Assembly (NCBI GenBank): GCA_937903095.1
Contig: CALCZN010000092.1
Location: 1 to 47,693, forward strand
Direction of reading: 5' to 3'
Origin: an uncultured Burkholderiales bacterium
GTDB lineage: Bacteria; Pseudomonadota; Gammaproteobacteria; Burkholderiales; Burkholderiaceae_E
Length of the DNA: 47,693 nt
The notes under the pieces were generated by a model. It made no database searches. It saw only the letters and a program-made list of their open reading frames with translations, and was not told the DNA's origin. How positions within the stretch are numbered: position 1 is the first letter of the stretch; each line of letters opens with the position of its first letter. Of the stretch, positions 19,967 to 29,588 are shown one piece after another. Both the position numbers and the translations under genes were made by a program.

Positions 19967-21810
19967 TAGAAGCTCTCCCATCCCTCTTCCGCACCCACCG
20001 CGGTCGCAGCACTGACCGCGGCCGTACCTGCAGGCGCCTGGCGCGGTGCAGCCGCCGCGCCCCCCGACGCAGCCCTGGCCTTCGGCGCGTGCTGCCGAGC
20101 CGCAGCGGCCGCGCCCACGGTGCGCACCGCTCCCCGCTTCGCCGAGTCGCGCGCACGCGCGATCGCCGCGCGAGCTTCGTCGGGCGTGGCGGCCTCGCTG
20201 GAACGCGAGGCACGCGCCGACGCACGCGCGCCGTTCGGCCCACGCTCGTCCACCTGGAACACGCCTACCACGGCGGCGAGATTCGTCGCCTGCTGCTTCA
20301 GGCTCTCGGCTGCCGCCGCCGACTCCTCGACCAGCGCCGCGTTCTGCTGCGTCATCTGGTCGAGTTGCGTGACCGCGAGGTTGATCTGATCGATGCCGCT
20401 GCTCTGCTCGTTCGCCGCCGCGGTGATCTCGCCGATGATGTCGGTCACGCGCTGCACGGAAACGACGATCTCGCTCATCGACTCGCCCGCGTCGCGCACG
20501 AGCCGCGAGCCGGCCTCCACGCGCTCGACGCTCGTGCCGATCAGGTCCTTGATCTCCTTGGCCGCGTCGGCGCTGCGCTGCGCGAGGCTGCGCACCTCGC
20601 TGGCGACGACCGCGAAACCGCGACCCTGCTCGCCCGCGCGCGCCGCCTCGACCGCCGCGTTCAGCGCGAGGATGTTCGTCTGGAACGCGATGCCGTCGAT
20701 CGTGCCGATGATGTCGGCGATGCGCCGGCTCGATTCGTCGATCTCGCCCATCGTCGCCACCACCTGCTCGACGACGTTGCCGCCACGAGCTGCGACGTCC
20801 GAGGCGGTCGATGCCAGCTGATTCGCCGTGCGCGCCGAATCGGCAGTCTGGCGCACGGCGCCGGTGATCTGCTCGAGCGACGAGGCCGTCTGCTGCAGGT
20901 TCGACGCCGTCTCCTCGGTGCGCTGGCTCAGGTCGAGGTTGCCCACGGCGATCTCGTCGGCGGCGGTGCGGATGCTCTCGGTGGAGACGTGCACCTGCTC
21001 GATCGTTTTCCGTAGCGCGGCGATCATCGTCTGCAGCCCGTCGAGCAGGCTGCCGCGCGCCGCGCGGTCGAGTCGCGCGGCGAGGTTTCCGCGCGCCACT
21101 TCGTCCATCACGCGCATCGCCTCGACGGGTTCGCCGCCGATCTGGCGCAGCACGCTGCGCACGACGAGCCAGCCCATGCCGGCGACGATCGCCAGCAGCA
21201 CGAGCGCGGTGGCGGCGTCGCGCACGCGCTGGCTCTGCACGAGCGCATCGAGGTCGTCCAGGTACATGCCGGAACCGACCACCCAGTTCCAGCCGTCGAC
21301 GCGCGTTCCGTATTGCAGCTTCGGCACCGCCTGCGTCTGTCCGGGCCTCGGGAAGTAGGCCTGCGCGAAGGCGCGCCCGTTCGGGCTTGCTGCCACCGCG
21401 TCGAGCAGCCGCTTCAGCGTGTCGCCGCCGGTGGCGTCGAGCAGCTTGCCGAGCATCGGCTGCCCGGTCCATTCGGGATGGGTCGGATGCATCACCGTCG
21501 AGCCGTCGACGGTCCAGATGTAGAAATATTCGGTCTTGCCGTCCGCGCCGCCGTAGCGCGCCAAGCGGATCGCCTCGATCGCGGCCTTCTGCGCCTCCTC
21601 GACGGGCATCGCCCCGGAAGCGGCGCGTGCCTGATACGCCGCCGCGATGTTGGCCGCCGACTGGACGGCGGTAACCAGTTCGCCGTGGCGCGCATCGACG
21701 GCGAGCCGTTCGTTGCGCAGCGAGGAAACCAGCGAGAGCACGACGAAACCGAGCAGCGCGGTCACGACGAGCAGGAGGATCTTGTGCTTGAACCCTAGAC
21801 GGCGAAACAT
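19966..21810 (-). CDS. Methyl-accepting chemotaxis protein with single Cache sensor domain and C-terminal pentapeptide
   Basis: Two TM segments flank RYG...EYFYIW...VMHP...[13 protein letters not shown] (sCache_2-like); [34 protein letters not shown]; ends GWESF. Confidence 0.93.
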   Translation of the reverse strand: MFRRLGFKHKILLLVVTALLGFVVLSLVSSLRNERLAVDARHGELVTAVQSAANIAAAYQARAASGAMPVEEAQKAAIEAIRLARYGGADGKTEYFYIWTVDGSTVMHPTHPEWTGQPMLGKLLDATGGDTLKRLLDAVAASPNGRAFAQAYFPRPGQTQAVPKLQYGTRVDGWNWVVGSGMYLDDLDALVQSQRVRDAATALVLLAIVAGMGWLVVRSVLRQIGGEPVEAMRVMDEVARGNLAARLDRAARGSLLDGLQTMIAALRKTIEQVHVSTESIRTAADEIAVGNLDLSQRTEETASNLQQTASSLEQITGAVRQTADSARTANQLASTASDVAARGGNVVEQVVATMGEIDESSRRIADIIGTIDGIAFQTNILALNAAVEAARAGEQGRGFAVVASEVRSLAQRSADAAKEIKDLIGTSVERVEAGSRLVRDAGESMSEIVVSVQRVTDIIGEITAAANEQSSGIDQINLAVTQLDQMTQQNAALVEESAAAAESLKQQATNLAAVVGVFQVDERGPNGARASARASRSSEAATPDEARAAIARARDSAKRGAVRTVGAAAAARQHAPKARAASGGAAAAPRQAPAGTAAVSAATAVGAEEGWESF

Positions 21811-21892
21811 CTTGAAACTTCTCGGTGAAGGTGAGAGGGAAGGAAAACGGCGGACAGCGCTTCGCACGTGAAGCGACACGCGTCATAGATCT

Positions 21893-21919
21893 TCTTCGGC
21901 AAAAGAAAGCCGAACCTGA
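21893..21919 (-). promoter_or_regulatory. Probable sigma28 promoter of the Cache MCP
   Basis: TCAG-N15-GCCGAAGA on the minus strand. Confidence 0.6.
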
Positions 21920-21940
21920 GTCCGGCTTTCTTCTTTCTTC
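21901..21940. terminator. Intrinsic terminator downstream of the soluble MCP (U-rich on both strands)
   Basis: AAGAAAGCCG(21903-21912)-10 nt-CGGCTTTCTT(21923-21932). Confidence 0.7.
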
Positions 21941-21942
21941 TT

Positions 21943-23331
21943 TCAGAACTGGTAGGCGAGGCGCAGTCCTCCCCAATGGCGTCCGCGTACGAGAATCGGC
22001 GCCGACAGGTCCTTCATGTAGACGAACTGCCCGCCGCCCATGTCGCGCCGGTATGTCTGCAGCAGGAAGCGGCGGCGGCTGCGACCGGCAGCGAGCCCGG
22101 TGCGGTCGTTGAACATGCGCCGATTCCGGCAATGCGCCGCGTTCCATATCGGGTCCGGCCCCTGCGGGCGCGAGTAGCGCGTGTTGTGCGTGGGCAGATA
22201 GCCGTTGCGATCCACCGCCGCGCACAGCGACGCCTTCGGCGAGCATTTCAGCATCGGCTCCTGGACCTGCGGCAGCAGCCGGTCGGCGAGCGCGGTGAAA
22301 CGCGTTGTGTACTGCTGCGGATTCGTTCCGGGCACCGGCACGTAGTTCTCGTCGAAGAGATCGGCCATCGTGATCGCACCGCTGTCGAGCGCCTCCTCGA
22401 ACAGGCGCGAGACCCGCGCCGCTGCGTCGGTCACCTTCTCGATCAGCGGCGTGTCCTCGGTCTGGATTCCCGACTCCACGGTAAGCTCGATCAGCGACTC
22501 GGAAAGCTCGAGGAACTTCTCGGCCTTGCGCCGCGTTCCGGCGATCGCATCGGCGCTGGCGTGCGAGTCGGCGGCGAGCTGGCGCACCGACTCGAGCACC
22601 TCCTCGCAGCAGCGCACGTTGCGCACCGCGGCCTGCACGACTTCGCCCGCCTGTGCCTCCGAACGCGCGAGCGCCGCGCGGAAGCTGCCCTCGCGCTTCG
22701 CGTCGTCGTCGATCTCGCGCGACAGTTCGGTGAGCCGGGCATCGAGCATCGACACCGTCTGCATGATCTGCCGCGACGCGTCCTCGACGCGCGCGGCGAG
22801 GTCCTTGACCGCCTCGGCGACCACCGAGAAGCCGCGCCCGGCCTCTCCGGCGCGCTTGGCCTCGACCGACGCATTGAAGGCGACCAGCCGCGTCTGCAAT
22901 GCGATCTGCGTGATCTCGCGCGCCGACGAAGTGACCTGCGACAGCGTGTCGGTCGTCTCGCCGAAGCCCGCAACCACCTTGGCGACCGCCGCGTGCGCTT
23001 CCACCAGGCATTGCTGGCCGGTGCGCGACGCATCCCCGATGCGGCGGTTCGAATCGACCATCGTCGCGATCGTCTGCATTGCGCCGTCGAGCGTCTGCGC
23101 CTGCGCCGCCGCGCCGCAGGCAATCTCCTCGAGAACGCCGTTCACTTCGGCCGCCTCGCGCCCGAGCCCGGAAGCCTGCAGCGCGATACCCTCGAAGACA
23201 TCGCCGCTGCGGCCCGCAACGGCGGCCGGCCGGGTCGCCCCCGTACCCGCGCTCGCACCCGGCCCGGACGGCGCCCGGGCCACTTCGCTCCCCGGCGTTT
23301 GCGCACGCCGGCGCGTCGTGAACATCAGCAT
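21943..23331 (-). CDS. Soluble methyl-accepting chemotaxis protein with C-terminal Cache-like domain
   Basis: IALQTRLVAFNASVEAKRAGEAGRGFSVVAEAVK signalling hairpin; no hydrophobic TM stretch; C-terminal AVDRNGYLPTHN...RNRRMFNDRTG...LLQTYRRDMG...HWGGLRLAY. Confidence 0.88.
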   Translation of the reverse strand: MLMFTTRRRAQTPGSEVARAPSGPGASAGTGATRPAAVAGRSGDVFEGIALQASGLGREAAEVNGVLEEIACGAAAQAQTLDGAMQTIATMVDSNRRIGDASRTGQQCLVEAHAAVAKVVAGFGETTDTLSQVTSSAREITQIALQTRLVAFNASVEAKRAGEAGRGFSVVAEAVKDLAARVEDASRQIMQTVSMLDARLTELSREIDDDAKREGSFRAALARSEAQAGEVVQAAVRNVRCCEEVLESVRQLAADSHASADAIAGTRRKAEKFLELSESLIELTVESGIQTEDTPLIEKVTDAAARVSRLFEEALDSGAITMADLFDENYVPVPGTNPQQYTTRFTALADRLLPQVQEPMLKCSPKASLCAAVDRNGYLPTHNTRYSRPQGPDPIWNAAHCRNRRMFNDRTGLAAGRSRRRFLLQTYRRDMGGGQFVYMKDLSAPILVRGRHWGGLRLAYQF

Positions 23332-23380
23332 GGCGTCTCTCTCCGTAGCTTTTCTTTTCCGCGCTTTTCCACGGATCGCC

Positions 23381-24094
23381 TCAGATCCACTGCTTCATCT
23401 GCGTGCGCAGCCGCGCCACCGCCTGACTGTGCAGCTGCGAGATGCGCGACTCGGTCACGCCCAGCACCGCACCGATCTCCTTCAGGTTCATTTCCTGCTC
23501 GTAGTACATGCCCATGACGAGCCGCTCGCGTTCGGGCAGCTTCCCGATCGCCGCGACGAGGGCGTGACGGAAGCGCGAGTCGCCGAGGATCTCCTGCGGA
23601 TCGACGTCCGGCGCCGCGACGTGCCGATCGAGGAAGCCCTCGTCACCGTCGTCGTCGTAGTCGTCGAGGTGCACCAGCTGCGCGCCGCGCGCGTCGTCGA
23701 GCAGTCGCTGGTATTCGGCGAGCGGCAGGCCCAGCTCCTCGGCGATGTCGGCTTCCGCGGGCGCTCGCCCGAGACGCTGCTCGGCGCGATGGATCGCCGA
23801 CTCGATCGTGCGCTGGTTGCGGCGCACCGAGCGCGGCAGCCAGTCGCTTCCGCGCAGCTCGTCGAGCATTGCGCCGCGCACGCGCTGCGTGGCGAAGGTC
23901 TCGAACTGCGCGCCCCGGTCGGTCTCGTAGCGCGTCATCGCGTCGAACAGCCCGATCATCCCGGCCTGCACGAGATCGTCGAGCTCGACGTTCGCCGGCA
24001 GTCGTCCGATCAGCTGGCTCGCCATGCGGCGGACCATCGGTCCGTAGCGCTCGATGGCGCTGGTGCGATCGAGGGTTCCTTGCGCGGTATACAT
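23381..24094 (-). CDS. fliA: RNA polymerase sigma factor FliA (sigma28)
   Basis: RLPANVELDDLVQAGMIGL, RVRGAMLDELR..DWLPRS, NLKEIGAVLGVTESRISQLHSQ. Confidence 0.97.
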   Translation of the reverse strand: MYTAQGTLDRTSAIERYGPMVRRMASQLIGRLPANVELDDLVQAGMIGLFDAMTRYETDRGAQFETFATQRVRGAMLDELRGSDWLPRSVRRNQRTIESAIHRAEQRLGRAPAEADIAEELGLPLAEYQRLLDDARGAQLVHLDDYDDDGDEGFLDRHVAAPDVDPQEILGDSRFRHALVAAIGKLPERERLVMGMYYEQEMNLKEIGAVLGVTESRISQLHSQAVARLRTQMKQWI

Positions 24095-24120
24095 GAGCGT
24101 GGATCCGGAATCGACTCGTT

Positions 24121-24798
24121 TCAGTGCGCTCGTGCGCGCGGGCGCACGGCGATCGGCTGCAACCAGCGCAACGCATCGCCGGCGAAGCGTTCGGCATCGA
24201 TGGCGTCGTGCGTGCCGCCGAACTCGATCGCGGCACCGAGGAAACGTGCCGCCGTGTCGGCGAGCCGGCGATGCGAAGCGAGCGCCGCCGCGCGCGAGCC
24301 GGCATCGAGAAACACCGTGCAGTACGCGCGAAAACCGTGCGCCAGGTGCATCGCCTTGATCTGCGAATAGGTGCGCGCCAGGCCGTCGCCGCGCGTACGC
24401 GCGACCAGCACGATCCGCTCGGCGAGGCCGGCCGTGAGATCGGCCAGCCGCAACGGATCGGCCGCGACGAGCGCGACGTCGAAGGCGCCGCGACCATCGC
24501 TCACCGAGCCCGCGAGCGATTCGACGAAGCGCGTGAAGTCGCGTGCCTGTGCGCCCTCGGGCAGCAGCGCATCGGCGTCGATGCGGGCGAACGAAGAAGG
24601 CGGCGCGCGGTTGGCTCTGCCGAGCAGATCGACGAACAGCGGACGGCGTCCGGCGCGCGCGAGCGCATCCGCGATCGCCTCGACGCCGGCGCGCTCCGAT
24701 GCGTCGCCCACGGTACAGCCGAGTGGCAGCAGGCTCGGCTGCTGCGGCCGGAACAACCGGCGCAGCCCCGCGGCCTGGTCACGTGCAACTTCAAACAC
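24121..24798 (-). CDS. flhG: Degenerate FlhG/MinD-like protein
   Basis: N-terminal DQAAGLRRL motif, TYSQIKAM, position between flhF and fliA; no KGGxGKT Walker A. Confidence 0.7.
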   Translation of the reverse strand: MFEVARDQAAGLRRLFRPQQPSLLPLGCTVGDASERAGVEAIADALARAGRRPLFVDLLGRANRAPPSSFARIDADALLPEGAQARDFTRFVESLAGSVSDGRGAFDVALVAADPLRLADLTAGLAERIVLVARTRGDGLARTYSQIKAMHLAHGFRAYCTVFLDAGSRAAALASHRRLADTAARFLGAAIEFGGTHDAIDAERFAGDALRWLQPIAVRPRARAH

Positions 24799-26224
24799 GC
24801 CGCGCCTCGCGCGCGCGCTGCGCGGCCGTGCGCTGCCCCGCGGCGAGCAGCATCGCCAGCTCGGCTTCCTCGAAGGAGAACGACGCCGACGCCCGCGACT
24901 CGGTGGCCAGCGCCCGCTCGACGAGCATCCTGGGCTCGGGCCGATGCCAGTCCTCCGGAACGCGCTGGCCGTTGGCCACGCCCTGCAGCGTCAGCCGGTG
25001 CCGGATCAGGCAGTCGAGCGCGCCGCCCAGGCGCACCGCCTCGTCGACCTTCGACAGCACCACGCCGGCGGCGTTGCGTCCCTGGTATGCCTCGACGGTC
25101 TCGTCGATCGCCTCGGCCTGCGAGGCGGCGTTTACGACGAGCACCTTGCGCACCTGCGCCGAGGACAGCGCGGCGAGCAGTTCGCCCACGCGCTCGTCGC
25201 GCTGCGCCACGCCGGCCGTGTCGATCAGCACGAGCTTGCGGTTCATGTACATCTGCAGGAAGTCGGCGAGCGTCGAGACGTCGTGCGCAACGTGCACCGG
25301 CACGCCGAGCAGCCGGCCGAAAGTGCGCAGCTGGTCCTGCGCGCCGATCCGGTAGACGTCGGCGGTGATCAGGCCGACCGACTGCGCGCCGTGCTTCAAG
25401 GCGAACTGGGCGGCAATCTTGGCCGCCGTCGTCGTCTTGCCCACGCCGGTCGGCCCCAGCAGCGCGTAGGTGCCGCCGGCGTCGAAGATCGTCAGCTCGG
25501 GCGAGTCGATGCGCAGGTTGCGCACGAGCGCTTCGCGCAGCCAGCGCTCCGCGTCTTCCTCGCCGAAATCCGCCGGCAGGTGATTGGCGAGCGTGCGCGA
25601 CAGCGACGGCGAGAATCCGGCCTGCAGCAGCCGGCGCAGCATGCGGGATTGCCCCGGGCGGCGCCGCACGCCCTCGAACCAGCTCAGCGACTCGAGCTGG
25701 TCCGACAACGCGCCGCGCATCTCGCGCAGCTCGTTCATCAGCATGCCCACGTCCGGGCGGTCGTCGGCCGACTGCGCGTCCCGCACGAAGCCCGGCGAGA
25801 CGTGCACGGCGGGCGCTTCCACGCGCGGCGCGCGGCGCTCTTCGCGCGGCGGTTCGTCGCCGAAGCCTGCGGTACTCGCCCGTTCGTCGCCGGGCCTTTC
25901 GTCGAGCGTCCCTGCTGCGTCGCTCGCCCCTGCATCGCCCGGCTCGTCGCGCCTGGAGGCCAGGCGCCGCTGCTGGCGCTCGCGGACGTAGTTCTCGAAG
26001 TTCACCGTGCTCATCGGCGATGCGGGCGCGGCGTCGCCCGCGCCACGCGGCGGCGCCGACGCAGCCGGCTCGGAGGCGGAGAGCTCCGAATCGGCCAGCG
26101 CCAGGATCTCGACACCGCCGTCGACCGGCCGGTTCTTCAGCACGATGGCGTCCTCGCCGAGTTCGGCGCGCACGCGGCTCATCGCCTCGCGTGCGGTGCG
26201 GGCGAAATAGCGCTTGACGTTCAC
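24791..26224 (-). CDS. flhF: Flagellar SRP-family GTPase
   Basis: GPTGVGKTTTAAKIA, DVYRIGAQDQL, LIDTAG, SKVDE, GQRVPED. Confidence 0.96.
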   Translation of the reverse strand: MNVKRYFARTAREAMSRVRAELGEDAIVLKNRPVDGGVEILALADSELSASEPAASAPPRGAGDAAPASPMSTVNFENYVRERQQRRLASRRDEPGDAGASDAAGTLDERPGDERASTAGFGDEPPREERRAPRVEAPAVHVSPGFVRDAQSADDRPDVGMLMNELREMRGALSDQLESLSWFEGVRRRPGQSRMLRRLLQAGFSPSLSRTLANHLPADFGEEDAERWLREALVRNLRIDSPELTIFDAGGTYALLGPTGVGKTTTAAKIAAQFALKHGAQSVGLITADVYRIGAQDQLRTFGRLLGVPVHVAHDVSTLADFLQMYMNRKLVLIDTAGVAQRDERVGELLAALSSAQVRKVLVVNAASQAEAIDETVEAYQGRNAAGVVLSKVDEAVRLGGALDCLIRHRLTLQGVANGQRVPEDWHRPEPRMLVERALATESRASASFSFEEAELAMLLAAGQRTAAQRAREARRV

Positions 26225-28329
26225 TTCGCTTCTCCGATCAATCGTCCGATGCGGATCGAATGGGTATCAGGAATCTCGGCGTGCCCGAGCACGCGCAGGC
26301 GCGGCGCGGCTTTCTTCAGCAGGCGCGCCAGCGGCACGCGGATGCGGTCGGGAACCAGCAGGCACGACGGGTTCCCCTCGTCCTCCTGCTTGCGGGCGGC
26401 TTCGGCGCCGGCGGCGAGCAGGTATTCGGCCACGCCGGGCTCGAGCGCCGAGGCCGCGTTCGGCGCGAGCGCCTGCACCAGCAGGTTCTCCAGGTTCGGC
26501 TCGATGGCTATCACGCTCAGCTCCTGCGTCGGACCGAAGGTCTGCTGCACGATCGCCGGCGCGAGCGCGATGCGCACCTCGCGCGTGAGCTCGGCCGGAT
26601 CCTGCGTGCGCGCGCCGTGCTCGCCGAGCGTCTCGACGATGCCGCGCAGGTCGCGCACGTGCACCGCTTCGTCGAGCAGGTTCTGCAGCACCTTGTGGAA
26701 CACCGCCATCGGCACGAGCTTGGGAACGATCTCGTCGGCGAGCTTCGGCGCATAGCGCCCGAGGTGCTCGAGCAGCTGCTGCGCTTCGCTGCGCCCGAGC
26801 AGGCGCGAGGCGTGCGTCTGCATCAGGTGATGCAGGTGCGTCGCGACGACGGTCGCCGCATCGACCACCGTGTAGCCGGCGCCCTGCGCCGCGTCGCGCT
26901 GGTTCGCGTCGATCCACACGGCGGGCAGGCCGAAGGCCGGATCGCGCGTCGCGGTGCCGGCGAGCGGGCCCGAGGCCGACCCCGGGTCGATCGCGAGCAT
27001 CATCCCGGGGAACGCCTCGCCCTCGCCGACCACCACGCCCTTGAGCAGCACGCGGTACGCCGAGGGCTTCAGCTCGAGCTGGTCGCGGATGTGCACCGGC
27101 GGCGGCAGGAAGCCGACCTCGTGCGCGAACTTCTTGCGCACGCCCTTGATCCGCGCGAGAAGGTCGGCGCCGTTGTCGCGATCGACGAGCGAGATCAGCC
27201 GGTAGCCCACTTCGAGCGCGAGCATGTCCACCGGCTCGACGTCGTCCCAGCTCGCCTCGCTGTTCGCCGGTGCCGGCTCGGCGCTCGCCGCCGGCCCGGC
27301 TGCGCGCTTCGTCTGCTGCTGCGACACCCACCAGGCGAGCCAGCCGACCGCGGCCGCCAGGACGAGGAAGGCGAAATGCGGCATGCCGGGCACGATGCCG
27401 AGCAGCGCGACGACGGCGGCAGTGAGACCGAGCGCGCGCGGCAGCGACAGCAGCTGCTTGACCACCTGTCCGCCCATGTCGTCGTCGTCGGCTACGCGCG
27501 AGACGATCAGGCCCGCAGCCACCGAGATCACCAGCCCCGGCACCTGCGCGACCAGCGCGTCGCCGATCGCCAGCAGCACGTAGTTGTTCGCCGCCTGCTC
27601 GACCGACAGCGAATGCTGCGCGGTGCCGATCAGCAGCCCGCCGATCAGGTTGATGAAGACGATCAGGATCCCGGCGATCGCGTCGCCGCGCACGAACTTC
27701 GAGGCGCCGTCCATCGAACCGAAGAAGTCGGCCTCGCGCGCGACCTCGCTGCGCCGGCGGCGCGCCTCGGCCTGGTCGATCTGCCCGGCGTTCAGGTCGG
27801 CGTCGATCGCCATCTGCTTGCCCGGCATCGCGTCGAGCGCGAAGCGCGCCGACACCTCGGCGATGCGCCCCGCGCCCTTCGTCACGACGACGAAGTTGAT
27901 GACGGTGAGGATCGCGAACACGATGATTCCCACCGCGAAGTTCCCGCCGATCAGGAAGTTCGCGAAGGACTCGATCACCCTGCCGGCGGCGTCGGTTCCC
28001 GTGTGCCCGTGCATCAGCACCGCGCGCGTCGAGGCGACGTTCAGCGACAGGCGCAGCAGCGTCGTCACCAGCAGCACCGAGGGGAACACCGCGAAGTCAA
28101 GCGGCCGGATGCTGTAGGAGGCCACCAGCAGCACGAGCAGCGACAGCGCGATGTTGAAGGTGAACAGCAGGTCGAGCAGCAGCGCCGGAAGCGGCAGGAT
28201 CATCATCGCCAGCACGAGCACGATGACGACCGGCGCGCCGATCGCCTTCACCGGCGGAACGACCAGCGTGATGCCGCCGATCTGCAGCGTGCGCACGCCG
28301 GCGGCGTTGACGGGTCCGAGGAGAGTCAT
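26221..28329 (-). CDS. flhA: Flagellar export gate protein
   Basis: RIAEVSARFALDAMPGKQMAIDADL, FFGSMDGASKFVRGDAIAG; ATG at 28329 overlaps the flhB stop. Confidence 0.97.
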   Translation of the reverse strand: MTLLGPVNAAGVRTLQIGGITLVVPPVKAIGAPVVIVLVLAMMILPLPALLLDLLFTFNIALSLLVLLVASYSIRPLDFAVFPSVLLVTTLLRLSLNVASTRAVLMHGHTGTDAAGRVIESFANFLIGGNFAVGIIVFAILTVINFVVVTKGAGRIAEVSARFALDAMPGKQMAIDADLNAGQIDQAEARRRRSEVAREADFFGSMDGASKFVRGDAIAGILIVFINLIGGLLIGTAQHSLSVEQAANNYVLLAIGDALVAQVPGLVISVAAGLIVSRVADDDDMGGQVVKQLLSLPRALGLTAAVVALLGIVPGMPHFAFLVLAAAVGWLAWWVSQQQTKRAAGPAASAEPAPANSEASWDDVEPVDMLALEVGYRLISLVDRDNGADLLARIKGVRKKFAHEVGFLPPPVHIRDQLELKPSAYRVLLKGVVVGEGEAFPGMMLAIDPGSASGPLAGTATRDPAFGLPAVWIDANQRDAAQGAGYTVVDAATVVATHLHHLMQTHASRLLGRSEAQQLLEHLGRYAPKLADEIVPKLVPMAVFHKVLQNLLDEAVHVRDLRGIVETLGEHGARTQDPAELTREVRIALAPAIVQQTFGPTQELSVIAIEPNLENLLVQALAPNAASALEPGVAEYLLAAGAEAARKQEDEGNPSCLLVPDRIRVPLARLLKKAAPRLRVLGHAEIPDTHSIRIGRLIGEAK

Positions 28330-29489
28330 CGCGCTGCGGCTCCGCGATCCGCGTTCGCCGGATCGAGCCATGCGGGCACCTCGATCTCATCGGGTATGCC
28401 TGGCGCCGCGCCGCGCCCCGGCACCCAGCGACGCAGCTGATAGACATAGGCCAGCACCTGCGCCACCGCGTTGTACAGGGCGAGCGGAATCTCCCGGTCC
28501 AGTTCGACGTGCGCGTACAGCGCGCGCGCGAGCGGCGGCGCCTCGACCAGCGGCACGCCCGCCGCGCGCGCGATCTCGCGAATGCGGCCGGCGACGAGAT
28601 CGACGCCTTTGGCGACGACGCGCGGCGCGCCGCCCTTCGTTTCGTCGTAGCGGATCGCCACCGCGTAGTGCGTCGGGTTCGTCACGACGACGTCGGCCGC
28701 GGGCACCGCCGCCAGCATCCGGCGCGAGGCGATCTCGCGCTGGCGCTGCCGGATCCGGCTGCGCAGCATCGGGTCGCCGTCGGACTCCTTCGCCTCCTGT
28801 TTCGCCTCCTGATGGGTCATCCGCAGCTCGGCGCGGTGGCGGAACCACTGGAACGGCAGGTCCACGAGCGCGACCGCAGCGAGCACCGCGAGCAGCGTCG
28901 TCAGGCCCGCGCCCATCAGGGCCACGCCGCTGGAGAGCGACTGCGCGGGCGGCCGGATCGCCAGCGCGGCGAACTCGGGAAGGCTCGAAGAGACGAACCA
29001 TGCGCTCACCGCGATCAGCGAGATCGCCAGCACGATCAGCTTGAGCAGCTCGACGCTGCCGCGAATCGAAAAGATCCGCTTCAGTCCCTTGAGCGGACTG
29101 AGCTTCGAGGCGTCGAGCTGCAGCGCCTTGCCGGAAAAGACGACGCCGCCGGGGATCGCGCTCGCGGCGATCGCGGCGAGTGCGAAGGCGCCGAGCAGCG
29201 GCAGAAGCGCGACGAAGGCATCGAACCCGATCGAAGCGAAGAGCTGCGGCAGCCGGTCGGCGACGAGCGCCTCGGGTCGCCCGAAGCGCAGCGCATTGCG
29301 CAGCATCCCGACCGAGGCCTGCGCCAGGCCCGGCCCGAGCGCGGCCGCGGCGAGCAGCGCGCCCCCGAGCATCGCGAAATGACCGAAGTCGCGCGACTTC
29401 GGGACACGCCCTTCTTCACGCGCCTTCTGCAGCCTGCGCTCGGAGGCTGGGAGTTGCCGGTCTTCGCGGGATGTATCCTGGTCGGCCAT
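28326..29489 (-). CDS. flhB: Flagellar export switch protein
   Basis: KAREEGRVPKSRD, ESDGDP, VVTNPTHYAVAIRY autocleavage motif. Confidence 0.97.
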   Translation of the reverse strand: MADQDTSREDRQLPASERRLQKAREEGRVPKSRDFGHFAMLGGALLAAAALGPGLAQASVGMLRNALRFGRPEALVADRLPQLFASIGFDAFVALLPLLGAFALAAIAASAIPGGVVFSGKALQLDASKLSPLKGLKRIFSIRGSVELLKLIVLAISLIAVSAWFVSSSLPEFAALAIRPPAQSLSSGVALMGAGLTTLLAVLAAVALVDLPFQWFRHRAELRMTHQEAKQEAKESDGDPMLRSRIRQRQREIASRRMLAAVPAADVVVTNPTHYAVAIRYDETKGGAPRVVAKGVDLVAGRIREIARAAGVPLVEAPPLARALYAHVELDREIPLALYNAVAQVLAYVYQLRRWVPGRGAAPGIPDEIEVPAWLDPANADRGAAAR

Positions 29490-29530
29490 TGCGCCCGGAA
29501 TCGATGCGTCGAGGTACTGCTGCGACGCCG

Positions 29531-29570
29531 ATTATTCGCGCGCGATGCCGCGCGCTTCCGGGGATAAGCG
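29531..29570 (-). promoter_or_regulatory. FlhDC-dependent promoter of the flhB operon
   Basis: Minus strand CGCTTAT...AATAAT with the same spacing as flgB; GAATAATCGGC is shared with the flgB promoter. Confidence 0.65.
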
Positions 29571-29588
29571 GCAGTTCGGCCGCGCTGT

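Noticed and set aside
13467-23011. Very long alternative ORFs (13467-17075, 17593-19929, 19634-23011 and others)
   Set aside because: Arg/Ala/Pro-rich off-frame or antisense readings over well-supported flagellar and MCP genes; only the last 157 aa of 17593-19929 are real (flgB).
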